A DNA stretch of 64,000 nucleotides from a bacterium (GTDB lineage Bacteria > Patescibacteriota > Patescibacteriia > 2-01-FULL-39-33), in contig JBAXTU010000001.1 of NCBI GenBank assembly GCA_037130015.1, positions 5,153-69,152 on the forward strand. The letters run 5' to 3'. Positions 10,801 to 20,156 of this stretch are shown here, in pieces. The notes beneath the pieces are model-generated. The model saw nothing but the letters and a program-made list of their open reading frames with translations, did not search any database and was not told the DNA's origin. The position numbers were made by a program, and so were the translations under genes. The first letter of the stretch is position 1; the number at the start of each line of letters is the position of its first letter.

Positions 10801-13800
10801 GGCATTGACGAGAAGACTCTTCAAATAGCTCCGGCTGGTGTTTATTATTATTTGGCTGATGAAGTTGAAAAAGCCAATGAAGGCAATGCTTGTAATGGTT
10901 CGGTTGATTTTGATAATGGTTGTATTTTAGTGAATAATCGCTCTAATATTAATTATTCTAGCTATTCAACTTCTACTAGATTCAAAGATTATTTGATTTA
11001 TGACACTGATAAAACCTATTTTAGCCAAATGCTAAATCCATCGCATCAAGCTCTGAGTCCGCAAATGGCTGATGACAGTGCTCAAAATAATTCTGACAGT
11101 ATTGTTAAGGTATCAAAAAATCGCCAATGTTCAAATTGGCTATATTGCAATACTTATCAAAAAAGCAATAACAGCGACATTAATCCAAGTTTTGGTAATA
11201 ATGACCACTGTCTGAGTATTGGCGCTTGTTCCTCGCTTGGTAGTAATGGTTCATGTAATCGGTCTGCTACTTTGGATAATTCAAGTTATTTTAGGGTTGG
11301 TAGAGATTCTAATAAGACTGGATATTCAATTTTAGGATTAGATGCCTCATCATCTTTTGGCTATATTGCTTTGTCAAAACTAAAACAGCAAGGAGCATCT
11401 ACTTTTGTTACAAACGGTGATTTTGAGCAATTGGCCAGTGAAATGACAACAGAGCCCATGGGTTGGTATCCATCAAATGGAAATTTGAAATGGGGAAGTG
11501 CACAATTTAGTATTGAAAGCGACCCCATGTATTTGCGCCAAGGCAATGGCTATCTTCGCTTGAATGGCATGTATATAGTAGATTCAGATGTTATTGATGT
11601 TCTTCCTGGTACAGAATATTATGTATCTGGCCTTATTAACACTCTTAATTTAAAGGGGAATGCCAATGTTGTTATTAAATACTTCAGTTATGATAAGGGA
11701 GGAGTGCAAGTGGTTAATGATAATAATTTAATTTCAATGAGTCCTGGTCAAGACTGGACAAAGTTTATAAAAAAAATAAACACAGTATCTGCTGTTTCTA
11801 TTGTTTTAAGAATACAGAATTTTGGTAGTAGTGTTGGTGGTTATTCCATGATTGATGCTATTGATATGAAGCCGGTTTTAGCTGATCCTGACGAAACCAA
11901 TGATTCAAATAAGCTTGTCAGAACTTGCCGTATTTATCCGAATGAAAATTCTCCGTCTTGCCAATATGTTGAAGGAAGTGTTTTTTATTATGGTCAATAT
12001 GGTTATTGTTTGGTGCCTGATCCTCTCAATCCAAGTGGTTGTCTGCAGTGGTGGCCAGTAGATGATATTAGAGGCGATGTGGCTGATGAAATTGGCTATA
12101 ATGAAGTAAGACCATTATATTATTGTGTAGAACGCAAAGTGTCAGACAAAGTGGCTTTTGGGGCTGGTGGAATTGTTAATGTTGATACCAAAAATTTACC
12201 AGAGAAAGGCAAGCAGTTTGCTCAGGTGATAGGAGTAAATAGCGCTGGCCAACAATTCAATACAGTAGATTTTTCTTCAATGGTTAGTAGTTATTTAAGG
12301 CCTCTTTTGCGTTATCCGTTTCTTCAGTCTGTCAGTTTTGCTGGTCTTTTTGGCGCTGTGGGAATGGACAAAAATTTATATCCTTTTCCTTTGCAAGCTG
12401 ATATGTATCCAGGCAAGGCCTGTCTTAATCCTGGTGGAATTTTTGGTCAAGCATTTTGTTTAGGAAGTGAGGAAGGAGGTCATTATACTTCTCTTACTAC
12501 CGGATCTTCTGGTGGAGGAACTTATTGTTCTATAATGTTTCCACATTGTAAAAGATGTTATATTGCTCCAACAGAGACTATTTTAACCGAGGACCCAACT
12601 TGTACTCCAGTATCAGAGACATCAGGCGAATGTGCAAATTGTGATTTGTCCAATCATCTCTCTTATAATTCAGCCGCCATTTGTGAAGAAACAGATAAAT
12701 ATAAAGAATGTGCGGCAAGTACAACAGCAATAATTGTACCTCCAACTCCTGATACTGATTGGTTGACTCTAATAAGTAATAGTTTAGGCAATATTATTAA
12801 TGGTATTGTTGATGTAGTTAACTTTAAGACTGGTATAGGAAAAGGTTCTGATGAATGGGGTGGTTGGGGAGTATTTGGTACGGCTTTTGGTGGTAATTCT
12901 GGAAAAGTACCCATTGGTGTTCCCATGAATTTTCATGCGGCCGCCGGTTTTAGTGTGACCGGAATGAATATAGCTGCTGGTGTGGCAAAGGCGGCTGGAA
13001 AAGTTGAAGTGTTTGGTTTTAAGCTTGGAGAGATTACAGATATGTTTCAGGGGTTCCATATGTTTGGTATGAAAGTGGTGACAGATGAAGATGCTGATTA
13101 TGCTAGTAAATTTACTGATCCTATACCTGGCATAAAAGGTGATGTTTTGGGTATAGTGTGGTTTTTGACCCAATCAGATGTGTATGGATCAGGAGTGGTT
13201 GGTTCTTTTACTTTGAATATGAAGGTGCCATATTGTTCAAAAATTGTGCGAGTGGTGACGGCTGGTGGCAAAAATAAAGCTTGGTTTAGTAGAGTACAAA
13301 AAGGGTCATCATATGTATCAACTGATAAAGATTGTTATAATCCTGCCACCAATAGGTATGAGATTGTATGTCTTAATCAACTTTTGAATCACCCAACAGA
13401 TTTGCCAGTAGGTCAATCTGATATTAAGTATGAATCTGATGCTCAAATTTTTGGAGCAGTTGTGCCATCTGGCATTTCTCAAAACCCACGATGGTGGAGT
13501 AGTCAAGGAGGATTTCCTTTATTTTATCAATTGCAGGACACTACTTTATCTTTTCCATATCAGCCACGTATGGGGCAACTACACACTGCTAGTGATCCAG
13601 AAAAAGGATTACAACAGTTATTTGCTAGAAGCTATGGTACATGGAAGTGGTTTTGGAATAAAAATGATTGTAATACTACTAATAAGCCTGATAACTCATG
13701 CTTTGATGCGGGCGGTTATTATATAGCTGATAATACTTCAGGCGCTGTCAATTGGAATTTGCCTACTAATCTTTGTGGTAGTGACGAACGGCCCACAGTA

Positions 13801-14211
13801 GGAACAACTTTTTGCTTGGTTAAGCCAAAAATTGATAATGTTAAAATAAATGATGATGATAGTGATATGCCACTTACGATTCATGGTCGCGGTTCAGTAA
13901 AATTATCTTTTAATGTTTTGGTGGAAAAAGATCAACTGCCGCTAAGTTCTTATGTTATTAATTGGGGAGATGAGGGAGGTGGAGAAAGCGGAATAGAGAT
14001 TTCCGGCGCCTCTTTGCGCAGTCGTAATGCCACCAGTTCCGAGGCTAATAATCAATTTGTTTTTTATCATAATTATGATTTTTGGCAAATGCAACAGCTT
14101 GGTGCTAGTTGCAGTGCTTTAAGTTGTTCTGCTGAAATAACAATTAATGCGACTGATAATTGGGGAGCTGTTGGTACTGGTAAGCCTATGAGAATTAATG
14201 TTTTACCTTAA
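4900..14211 (+). CDS. giant (3103 aa) Cys-rich secreted/surface protein with three CBM4_9-like beta-sandwich modules
   Basis: Single uninterrupted 9.3-kb ORF with an N-terminal signal-like hydrophobic segment and Cys density throughout. Three modules with the carbohydrate-binding NGDFE...W signature start near nt 7387 (NSGFNIDE...DGWEKG), 9130 (NTDFESGADSWQYG) and 11410 (NGDFEQL...MGWY). Gly-rich C-terminal region. Confidence 0.6.
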   Translation: MLNKLFSFIKNQSFKQLIAGFLLFLVMFFVPMMPVLAQSAVAITATQRAYDAALLDTAVKYGLVTMGLNAAYKICMNNDKGAKPDQPGPVKPESNTSGEDGSGFNYDDPYASAIPLEPTPAMNTDIQNLTNCMAESLKGNAVFTRAQIEADIKIRQSQTNESGMDKIFKDVFAAAWKNMWSQFSKRIAYDTASWLASGGKGQQPLFVTQGFGPYMLGVADESVGAFIDTIDKQYGVNLCAPNLQIQLLFKLGLNPNVPPVQCRFSKMITNWGSAINDASFTVNYNAYLSPSENDFGVFLKLQTGVIDEKNWALFQAALKLNTDNGWQDVQNFAKKILTPGSMVKELAMNSGGADINKFMEEQKVFTGTVVDFINTFAQTLVFKLFSNLQNGYFSNNSDSSSGNSLAGLNLTDLSGLFNSQSQPFIEGKAGAAGRLTGIFQAQDSAANPGPYDIINKLIFCSDTARKNPGPTDCVIDESFASGIRNRVFVKDLPDSIKKRRFAPSANDVTNPQLAFTWRNIEILRKYRIVPDGWDVAAQYLAKATGTYVTLNDLISCFDPNDNYTDYFAPWCEGMIDPFWILKASELFCRRQGYGATNLFFDAQDGTIQRNKYCSDEQQCIKEDYQGNCLAYGYCTEERRNWDFNATPCEPKYNTCQTVTSRLGGTNSYLKNTLDFRYCNAQNAGCRWYSATLNPVSNDWMHETSYYPSSDASSTLALTKCGEYGGCDVKGTGEQVGAWRSISPDYKVILGSPCLDTNNCKFTADDKCTIPYGGIKCLTGSSTWLTLGTSTMPGAETIYFNRQVQACDGSESGCSQFIRAVPGVGSNLIPNSGFNIDENNNNKPDGWEKGAHASHMTSTNGQVLVDYDAETIYATVISVKPNTRYVLSVYAAQTSTVSTSEARIETQLFESNDANISHNNVTGYGLKSIATNCTVSAGGNNYFGAEAKTTELIFKPAGTDPERSSCWFETPATAGQIGIKMFANDLLVPTGKQILISDIQLEEVAYGVEYPSSYTDYAPSQRPSNQLGYVKKAPDYYRCYTTSTFSAWPLNRNQLEKVLQQRRPECSAYAGVCIPEEVGCEAFTPVNKDPMVPGVATKADLCPAECLNYQTYRQSETSFLSPDERQFIANSNLKTCSASVAGCDEFTNIDEATRGGESREYYSKLKFCQKPASDDSDYFTWEGSDTTGYQLKSYRLKHSQTSSVDPTAPCTVLTYPTGSGGANACKDLITDGDARIALPSPLAGPVVKAGRLKDYLTHLNNDVITTSTDLNPLITTELHKYGLCAKQEVKGYYYFSDNGTPATTTDDSLVYTPINPDCREFYDDMGNVSYRLLYQTIMSTNNCYAYRRTQTQYSFLDAQNDCDNYQGYWDTTNNVCIYMAVPKGGRVCSATAVGCREYIGNRGNNVQNVLNTDFESGADSWQYGTLSAAATYPGGSSFSNKAASGQNFGQVIRNIYLSNNRSYTLSFWVRGGDIDGDFSLDSVRLLATSSMSGTNDYHSFFAVSSTQASEAGLSSQGVSSTLAVVEVNDQWRRYELGPVYVDWGGNQEYFSNTLELNIPTGKTIFIDNVILKEVNQNIYAIDNSWVTPFSCDNKIETPYGSSSTNPSFVYDSYNAVRDYPGEMVGCSAYRDRKNVVWNLKSFERLCRPDAIGCEALIDTYNSDSPFGITYNVGDQKGAEVKVPADSQIYMVNDKPFECKAENMGCGAYGLPNMTRYDETVGYNTIFLKNQPDRYNSDLCKSNELWCEQFQEQSKSVNSSFVYFKDPRGKLCQYSIAGTSIDGLSNLGQWYEVNASTTCAVDYYQTIGVGNREEKKQPVGWWENDPANSNFGGESTRYATGWAGLCPPTQSSCTEYIDPLGQFYGNMIDTRLVSVEHKMSIALDADVLYVVSAKTVEYSAGTTTPNISVYCPGSKILSPDLSMQSPTGVGESISLDRNQFTTKEQVSGRFYLISTNNYTSFNCTVSYSPGIDEKTLQIAPAGVYYYLADEVEKANEGNACNGSVDFDNGCILVNNRSNINYSSYSTSTRFKDYLIYDTDKTYFSQMLNPSHQALSPQMADDSAQNNSDSIVKVSKNRQCSNWLYCNTYQKSNNSDINPSFGNNDHCLSIGACSSLGSNGSCNRSATLDNSSYFRVGRDSNKTGYSILGLDASSSFGYIALSKLKQQGASTFVTNGDFEQLASEMTTEPMGWYPSNGNLKWGSAQFSIESDPMYLRQGNGYLRLNGMYIVDSDVIDVLPGTEYYVSGLINTLNLKGNANVVIKYFSYDKGGVQVVNDNNLISMSPGQDWTKFIKKINTVSAVSIVLRIQNFGSSVGGYSMIDAIDMKPVLADPDETNDSNKLVRTCRIYPNENSPSCQYVEGSVFYYGQYGYCLVPDPLNPSGCLQWWPVDDIRGDVADEIGYNEVRPLYYCVERKVSDKVAFGAGGIVNVDTKNLPEKGKQFAQVIGVNSAGQQFNTVDFSSMVSSYLRPLLRYPFLQSVSFAGLFGAVGMDKNLYPFPLQADMYPGKACLNPGGIFGQAFCLGSEEGGHYTSLTTGSSGGGTYCSIMFPHCKRCYIAPTETILTEDPTCTPVSETSGECANCDLSNHLSYNSAAICEETDKYKECAASTTAIIVPPTPDTDWLTLISNSLGNIINGIVDVVNFKTGIGKGSDEWGGWGVFGTAFGGNSGKVPIGVPMNFHAAAGFSVTGMNIAAGVAKAAGKVEVFGFKLGEITDMFQGFHMFGMKVVTDEDADYASKFTDPIPGIKGDVLGIVWFLTQSDVYGSGVVGSFTLNMKVPYCSKIVRVVTAGGKNKAWFSRVQKGSSYVSTDKDCYNPATNRYEIVCLNQLLNHPTDLPVGQSDIKYESDAQIFGAVVPSGISQNPRWWSSQGGFPLFYQLQDTTLSFPYQPRMGQLHTASDPEKGLQQLFARSYGTWKWFWNKNDCNTTNKPDNSCFDAGGYYIADNTSGAVNWNLPTNLCGSDERPTVGTTFCLVKPKIDNVKINDDDSDMPLTIHGRGSVKLSFNVLVEKDQLPLSSYVINWGDEGGGESGIEISGASLRSRNATSSEANNQFVFYHNYDFWQMQQLGASCSALSCSAEITINATDNWGAVGTGKPMRINVLP

Positions 14212-14276
14212 TAATTTTTAGTTGGCGTAGAGTGTCAAAAAATGTTAAAATATAAGAGTCAAAAAAACAATAATCC

Positions 14277-17087
14277 ATGCTTACACTCCGAAAAAAAATA
14301 TTTTTTTCGCTTAGCCTGTCACTGATTGTGATGGGTGGTGTTTTGGCGCCCATAAAGCCCAATGTTAATGTTTTTGACGGGCAGGTTGGTTTTTTGAAGA
14401 GTAATGTGGTGGTGGCGGATGGTGTTAATGATAACAAACCAGATTCAGGTGGAGTCGTCTCTAATTTTATTGGTTGGGTCTTATATTATGTGGCCACTTG
14501 TTTTGCTAAGCTGGCTGGGCTACTTATTCAAGTTATGGTAAATGTAGCGCAAAAAAATGATTTTTTGACCCAACCGATTGTGCTTAATGGCTGGCGTATT
14601 GTGCGTGATATTTGCAATAATTTTTTTATCATTATTTTGCTAGCCATTGCTATTGGCACAATTTTTCGCGTTTCAGCTTATCATTACAAACAGCTTTTGC
14701 CAAAATTACTGATTATGGCGGTCTTGATTAATTTTTCCAAAATGATTGCCGGCATTATGATTGATTTTTCACAAATGATCATGATGTTTTTTGTGTCTCC
14801 TTTTGCTGGTGATACTGGCCCTAGCATTATTTTGGGCAGTGTTGGTTTACATAAATTATATCAACTTGAACAAGCAGGACAAGCAAGCAGCGCAGACATA
14901 GGTAATTTAAGTTGGCAAATTATTTTTGGTTTGTTTTTTGCTATTATTTTAGCAGTAATTGCTTGCGTAGTGGTGGCTTGTATTACTATTATTCTTGTTT
15001 ATCGTATTGTTATGCTGTGGTTTTTGGTTATTTTGTCGCCAGCGCCATATTTGTTGGCCACTTTTCCCAAAGGCGAAAGCTATGCCAGTATGTGGTGGAG
15101 TGAGATTACCAAATATTTAGTGGTTGGTCCTGTCATGATGTTTTTTTTGTATCTATCTTTTTTTAGTGGTTATAGAGATGCGTCAGGCATTGATGATCAC
15201 ACAGCGTCAGCGTTAGTGGGCAGCACCCCAAGCGCTGTAGGAACATCTTTCGGCACTACCAATACAGCAGACACAGCAGTAAAGTCATCAATGATGCAAC
15301 CAGCAAATATATTTGATTTTATGATTATTATCGGATTAATGATTGGTAGTTTGGTGGCTGGACAAAAAACTGGCGTGGCTGGCGCTTCTTGGGCTGGCAA
15401 GGGAATTGGGTTGATACGTAGTACAGCCAATAAAGGAGCTAGTAAAGCCTTTGGCGGTTTGGTTTATAAAAAAGATAAAAATGGAAATAGAAGCGGTTTG
15501 GCTTTTAGAGCAGCCAGAAGCACGGTTGGCGCGGCCGGGGCCGGATTGGCTGTTCTTAGTAGTAAGGCAGGAAAAGCCAGTGGCATGGTAGATACCGGAG
15601 TTAAAGGCGCTGGCGTGGTTGGTGCTGCAGCCACAGCCGGAGCGCTTGGCTTAGGTGCGGTGGGTGCAGCACCACTCGCTATGGCCGCTGCAGTTGGTTA
15701 TGGTGGGTATAGAGGTATTAAAGCTTTAGCGCAAAGAATGACTAAAACTGGTCGTGAAAGCAGAAAAATGCGTCAGGATCTTATTAATGGAAGCTATGAA
15801 ACTGAGGATTATGTGCAGGCCAAAGATGAAGCCGGCAATCTTATTCCTGATAAATATGAAAAACAGAAAAGAAAGTTTAAAAAACATGAAAGTGGCATCT
15901 TTATGGAGATCAATGATAAAGGTGAGTTTATAGATAAAAAAGGAGAATTAATTGAATATAAAGAAAATTCTCAAGGCGAAAAAGAATGGGTGGATAAAAT
16001 AGGAAGCCCGGTGGATATATCGCATTTGGGCAATGCTCAAAAACATGATGCCAGTGGCAATGAAATTGGAGATTTAAAACCATCAAACAGAGTTTATTCG
16101 GCAGTCACCAAAGACGGTAAAATCAGTGAAAATTGGGAAACTTATATGGGTACATATTATGGCTCAGGAGCTGGCAAGGCCGCAGCAGCTAGAGATTCAG
16201 CCGAAGCTGATAAGATTTCAAAATTGGCCAATGATTATGGACACCTCAATGAAAGTATTTTACAAAAATTATTGACTACGGAAATAGATCAAGGCAAGAA
16301 AATGGCTATTGCTATGACTTTGGCTATCAAGGATGGATTTAAAGGTATGAATCTTAAAAATGGCCAAGATAAAGTAAAAGAAGCTAAAGCAGTTCTTGGC
16401 AGTAATGATGTTTTAATTAAAAAATTTAATGATGAAGTGGACAAAAAATTTGCTCATTTTAATTATAATCTAAACACGGCTAGTGGCCGAGCCACTTTTG
16501 GCAAACGCCGTGATGCTGGCAAAATTAATGATGTTATGGATTCGTCGGCTTACAAAGATCCTGGAGTATTAAAATCTTTGCAGGAAAATATGACCAGTGA
16601 AGAATATATTACACATATGAAGAAAGTTAAGAATTCTTCCAAAAATCATGAAAAATCTTTATTAACAGGCTTAGATGAAATGATAAAACAAGATGGCAGT
16701 ATTGTTGATACTAAAGATAAGGATAAAATGTCTGTTTCTCGTCGTGCTATGGCAATGATCTCTGGAGATTTAGCTAAAGCTATGCAGGGAGTTGATTTGG
16801 GTAATACGTCTCAGCTTGCTGAATCTAAAACAGCTATGAATGATTTCTTTAGTCGAGCTTCCAATAGGGAAATTGCTAATATTGATAATGATATATTTAC
16901 AGAATCAGAGGTTCAGAAAAAAATGGGTACAGGAACTACTACCCCCACTCATGCACATACCTTTATTAATAATGTTTTGCATGTAGCTGTTAATGATAAT
17001 ATGAATCAAAATGATGTTGAAAATGTTAGACGACAAGGAGGTTCTAATATCTTGGCTAGAAATTTAGCTATTCATGCAAAACCATAA
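14277..17087 (+). CDS. VirB6/TrbL-like polytopic T4SS channel protein with a long hydrophilic C-terminal extension
   Basis: Signal peptide, a periplasmic segment, then 5-6 TM helices (IIILLAIAIGTIF..., LLIMAVLINF..., IIFGLFFAIILAVIACVVVACITIILV..., WFLVILSPAPYLL...). Gly/Ala-rich linker and a roughly 550-aa charged tail. Same-strand neighbourhood with VirB3/VirB4-like genes. Confidence 0.45.
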   Translation: MLTLRKKIFFSLSLSLIVMGGVLAPIKPNVNVFDGQVGFLKSNVVVADGVNDNKPDSGGVVSNFIGWVLYYVATCFAKLAGLLIQVMVNVAQKNDFLTQPIVLNGWRIVRDICNNFFIIILLAIAIGTIFRVSAYHYKQLLPKLLIMAVLINFSKMIAGIMIDFSQMIMMFFVSPFAGDTGPSIILGSVGLHKLYQLEQAGQASSADIGNLSWQIIFGLFFAIILAVIACVVVACITIILVYRIVMLWFLVILSPAPYLLATFPKGESYASMWWSEITKYLVVGPVMMFFLYLSFFSGYRDASGIDDHTASALVGSTPSAVGTSFGTTNTADTAVKSSMMQPANIFDFMIIIGLMIGSLVAGQKTGVAGASWAGKGIGLIRSTANKGASKAFGGLVYKKDKNGNRSGLAFRAARSTVGAAGAGLAVLSSKAGKASGMVDTGVKGAGVVGAAATAGALGLGAVGAAPLAMAAAVGYGGYRGIKALAQRMTKTGRESRKMRQDLINGSYETEDYVQAKDEAGNLIPDKYEKQKRKFKKHESGIFMEINDKGEFIDKKGELIEYKENSQGEKEWVDKIGSPVDISHLGNAQKHDASGNEIGDLKPSNRVYSAVTKDGKISENWETYMGTYYGSGAGKAAAARDSAEADKISKLANDYGHLNESILQKLLTTEIDQGKKMAIAMTLAIKDGFKGMNLKNGQDKVKEAKAVLGSNDVLIKKFNDEVDKKFAHFNYNLNTASGRATFGKRRDAGKINDVMDSSAYKDPGVLKSLQENMTSEEYITHMKKVKNSSKNHEKSLLTGLDEMIKQDGSIVDTKDKDKMSVSRRAMAMISGDLAKAMQGVDLGNTSQLAESKTAMNDFFSRASNREIANIDNDIFTESEVQKKMGTGTTTPTHAHTFINNVLHVAVNDNMNQNDVENVRRQGGSNILARNLAIHAKP

Positions 17088-17102
17088 TAAATAGAAATTA
17101 AA

Positions 17103-18191
17103 ATGATTCAAAATTTTAAACAAAAATTCAATCAGTTGCCAAAAAATATTCAGGCTTTGTTGTCCCTTGATTATGGACGCAAGCTTAATATTTATTTGAT
17201 TGACAAATATAAGCTAAAAACAATTGATGACAAGGAGTCGTTGCACAATGTAGTGGATATGGTTTTTTTAGGCGAGATTAAAATTATTGATTTGCCAAAG
17301 TTTTTAGCTGATAATTTTAGTCTTAATTTGGAATTGGCCAAAAAATTAGCCGTTGATATTGTGGGACTAAGATGTTTGTCTGCCGGTGATTTTTTTGCCG
17401 GACAAGCCAAAAAGTTTATTTTGGATAATGGCGGACACCTAGAAGATTATGATAGATATATTTCTGACACTCAAAAAGCTTTAAAAATTGAAGCGACTGG
17501 CGGGGAAGTTGATTTGCCAGAAACACCAAGAAAAATTATTCCCGAGACTATTGAATTCCAAGATTTGCCACCAGCTCATGAAAAGAAAGGCATGTTGGAA
17601 GTATTTAAAAAAGGCGTAGTTGATTTTTTTGAAGTTGATTCGCCAGAAGTGTTGGAAATGATGGAAGATCTGAATAGGGAATTGGCCTTGATGCTTTTGG
17701 AAGATCAAGTTTTTAAACGCGAGCTGGAAGAAGCGCTTTATCTCAATGCTGATATTTTGACTACTAGCAGTTTATATTTGGAAGGCAAGCCGGTTCCGGG
17801 CACAGCCAGTAATTGGCTCAAGGATTTTTTGAAAAAAAGTGGTACGAGTTTTTTTGATAATGTGGTGCTGTCTGGCTATGTGGCCAATTCGGAAAATGCC
17901 AAAAAATTAGCAGATCATGACAAAAATAAATTAGCAAAACTGCTCACCTTGTATCGTAATATCAAATTTTTTCCAGGTTCCATGGGTAATGTGCCACCGG
18001 ACAATTGGCAAGTAATTCCGCTGGGTCGTCCGCGAGCAGAAGAAAAAAATGTTAGTGCTATGCCGTCAAAAAAAATTGCCAGCAATCCTTTGAAAAATTA
18101 TGATTTAAAAAATATGACACCGCTAGAAATCAGCGCTTTGCAAGAACAGTATGATATTTCAGATGAAGAAATTGAAAAGATGAAAAAATAA
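17103..18191 (+). CDS. hypothetical acidic protein (paralogue of the next ORF at the N-terminus)
   Basis: Shares an N-terminal motif (QKFNQLP..I...LS) with 18197-19666. No recognisable catalytic motif. Confidence 0.5.
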   Translation: MIQNFKQKFNQLPKNIQALLSLDYGRKLNIYLIDKYKLKTIDDKESLHNVVDMVFLGEIKIIDLPKFLADNFSLNLELAKKLAVDIVGLRCLSAGDFFAGQAKKFILDNGGHLEDYDRYISDTQKALKIEATGGEVDLPETPRKIIPETIEFQDLPPAHEKKGMLEVFKKGVVDFFEVDSPEVLEMMEDLNRELALMLLEDQVFKRELEEALYLNADILTTSSLYLEGKPVPGTASNWLKDFLKKSGTSFFDNVVLSGYVANSENAKKLADHDKNKLAKLLTLYRNIKFFPGSMGNVPPDNWQVIPLGRPRAEEKNVSAMPSKKIASNPLKNYDLKNMTPLEISALQEQYDISDEEIEKMKK

Positions 18192-18196
18192 TATTT

Positions 18197-19666
18197 ATGC
18201 CAGAACAAAGTTTGCAAAAATTTAATCAATTGCCGGCGGAAATACGGAATAAACTATCTTCTCCGTCTATGTTGGCTGTGGTCAAGCAATTGGAAGTGCA
18301 ATATGGCGTCAAATTAAATTTGGCTTTTTTGAAGTTGGCAGTTGGCGATTTGCGTCCCGGAGAATTCAATGATTATTTGCGTGAAAAATTTAATTTGAAT
18401 AAAGATGTATCTGATATAATACGAGAACGACTTTCTAGGTTGTTGGTTGGAGTTGGTTTGACGCCGGTAGTAGCTGGAGTCAGTGGGGAGACTTCAAAAA
18501 ATCGTAGCGGTGAAGCTGGTTTTTCTTTTTCCATAGAAGATGACGCCGATGTCAGCCGTTTTAAGGATTTGGAATCAACAGAAATTAAAATTAAAAATTA
18601 TGAAGCATTGGCTGAAAATGTTATTGCCGAATTTGGTTATAAAAATAAAGATGAATCTTTACGTACTAGATTAAAAAATTTGATCATGTCCAGGCTCAAA
18701 GATGTGCGTGATGAATTTGAACTCATAGAACATTTGAAAAAAAATAAAGAAGTGGGTGGCATGGAATTGGGCGAAGAAGAAATAGATAAATTATTAAAAT
18801 TAATTCGCCAAAGTCCTGACAAAAAAATTTCTGATCAAGTGATTTTACCAACGACTGAAACCAAAGTTGAAACAAAAATAGAATTTCCGGTCAAGAAAGT
18901 TGAACCGATTAAGACGCCAGCTATTACTTTGCAGGCAAAAAAACAAACAGAAACCCAACAGTATCAGTCGCCTAAAAATTTATCAGCAAAACCAGTTGAA
19001 ATAAAATCAACTCAGGAAAATACTCCCAGCATAGAAATGGAAGATGGTTTGCCAGTGCTCAAAATGCCGGAAGAATTGATGATTCCTCCACATGAATTGG
19101 ATTTGAAAAAAAGCCAGTCTCTAAGTGAAGATAAACCGATTGAAAAAAAACCTGATTATCAAAAAAAACCAGAGCCGACACTGCACGCCAAGCAATTGCC
19201 AGTGATTAATAATAACGCCAAACAACCACCGGTTATGATGGCGCAACCGGTGCCATATTTGGCAAAAAAATCAATGCCACCGAAATTATCAAAAATTAGT
19301 AGTAGTCGTCCGTCGCTTGATGATGTGAAATTTACTCCCAAGCTACAAGGCCCAATTGAAGAACTGAACAATATGACGCTAATTGATTGGCGACGATTGG
19401 GAGAAAAAACTGAAAGCCGAATAGCCAAGATAAAAGAAAAATTAAATTTATTGGAAAAAGATTCTTATGGCCGACGTTTGCAGGGAATAGAAGCTTGGAA
19501 TAAAAATGAAATTAATAAATTTTATCGTTTGCTTGGCCAGGAAAGTTTGGTGAGCGGTCAAGAAGTGGAAAGTATTATTAAGGAGCGTTTAGAAAAAGGT
19601 TTGCCCACGCTTACTCTAGAAGAATTTCATTCGGTAATGGAGCTTAATCGTGATTTAAGATATTAG
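18197..19666 (+). CDS. hypothetical protein with Pro/Lys-rich central region
   Basis: N-terminus LQKFNQLPAEIRNKLSS is paralogous to 17103-18191. Low-complexity PK-rich middle. Confidence 0.5.
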   Translation: MPEQSLQKFNQLPAEIRNKLSSPSMLAVVKQLEVQYGVKLNLAFLKLAVGDLRPGEFNDYLREKFNLNKDVSDIIRERLSRLLVGVGLTPVVAGVSGETSKNRSGEAGFSFSIEDDADVSRFKDLESTEIKIKNYEALAENVIAEFGYKNKDESLRTRLKNLIMSRLKDVRDEFELIEHLKKNKEVGGMELGEEEIDKLLKLIRQSPDKKISDQVILPTTETKVETKIEFPVKKVEPIKTPAITLQAKKQTETQQYQSPKNLSAKPVEIKSTQENTPSIEMEDGLPVLKMPEELMIPPHELDLKKSQSLSEDKPIEKKPDYQKKPEPTLHAKQLPVINNNAKQPPVMMAQPVPYLAKKSMPPKLSKISSSRPSLDDVKFTPKLQGPIEELNNMTLIDWRRLGEKTESRIAKIKEKLNLLEKDSYGRRLQGIEAWNKNEINKFYRLLGQESLVSGQEVESIIKERLEKGLPTLTLEEFHSVMELNRDLRY

Positions 19667-19689
19667 TTTATAAATATTAAATAGAAAAA

Positions 19690-20121
19690 ATGTATCAAGT
19701 TGTAGTGCCACAATTTTTGGATGTTGAAGATAAGGTTTTTGGGCCTATTACTATCAGGCAGTTTATTGAAATGCTGATGGGCGCTTTGTTGATTTTTATT
19801 TTTAATAAAATTTTTGATTTTTCTTTGTTTGTTTTGTCTGCTTTTGTCGTGGGAATAATTACCGGCGTGTTGGCTTTTGTAAAAATTAACGGTCAGCCTT
19901 TTCATGAATTTTTATTAAATTTTTTGGGCACTATAAAAAATCCCAAGTTGAAAGTTTGGAAAAAAATGTTTACTAAAGAAGAAATAAAAAATGCCTTGCG
20001 TCCTGCTGATTTTAAGGCAGCTATGCCTAATTATGTGATGCGTCAGCCTGTCACTTCTTCAAAATTATCAGAATTGTCTTTGATAGTTGATACGGGAGGA
20101 GTTTATCATGGAGAAAGCTAG
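19690..20121 (+). CDS. PrgI/VirB3-like small two-TM T4SS membrane protein
   Basis: 143 aa with N-terminal FGPITIRQFIEMLMGALLIFIF followed by a second helix, a PrgI/VirB3-like arrangement. Sits immediately upstream of VirB4, which is the conserved VirB3-VirB4 synteny. Confidence 0.4.
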   Translation: MYQVVVPQFLDVEDKVFGPITIRQFIEMLMGALLIFIFNKIFDFSLFVLSAFVVGIITGVLAFVKINGQPFHEFLLNFLGTIKNPKLKVWKKMFTKEEIKNALRPADFKAAMPNYVMRQPVTSSKLSELSLIVDTGGVYHGES

Positions 20122-20156
20122 GCTTAATTATTTAATTTTTAAAATTATTAAAAAAT

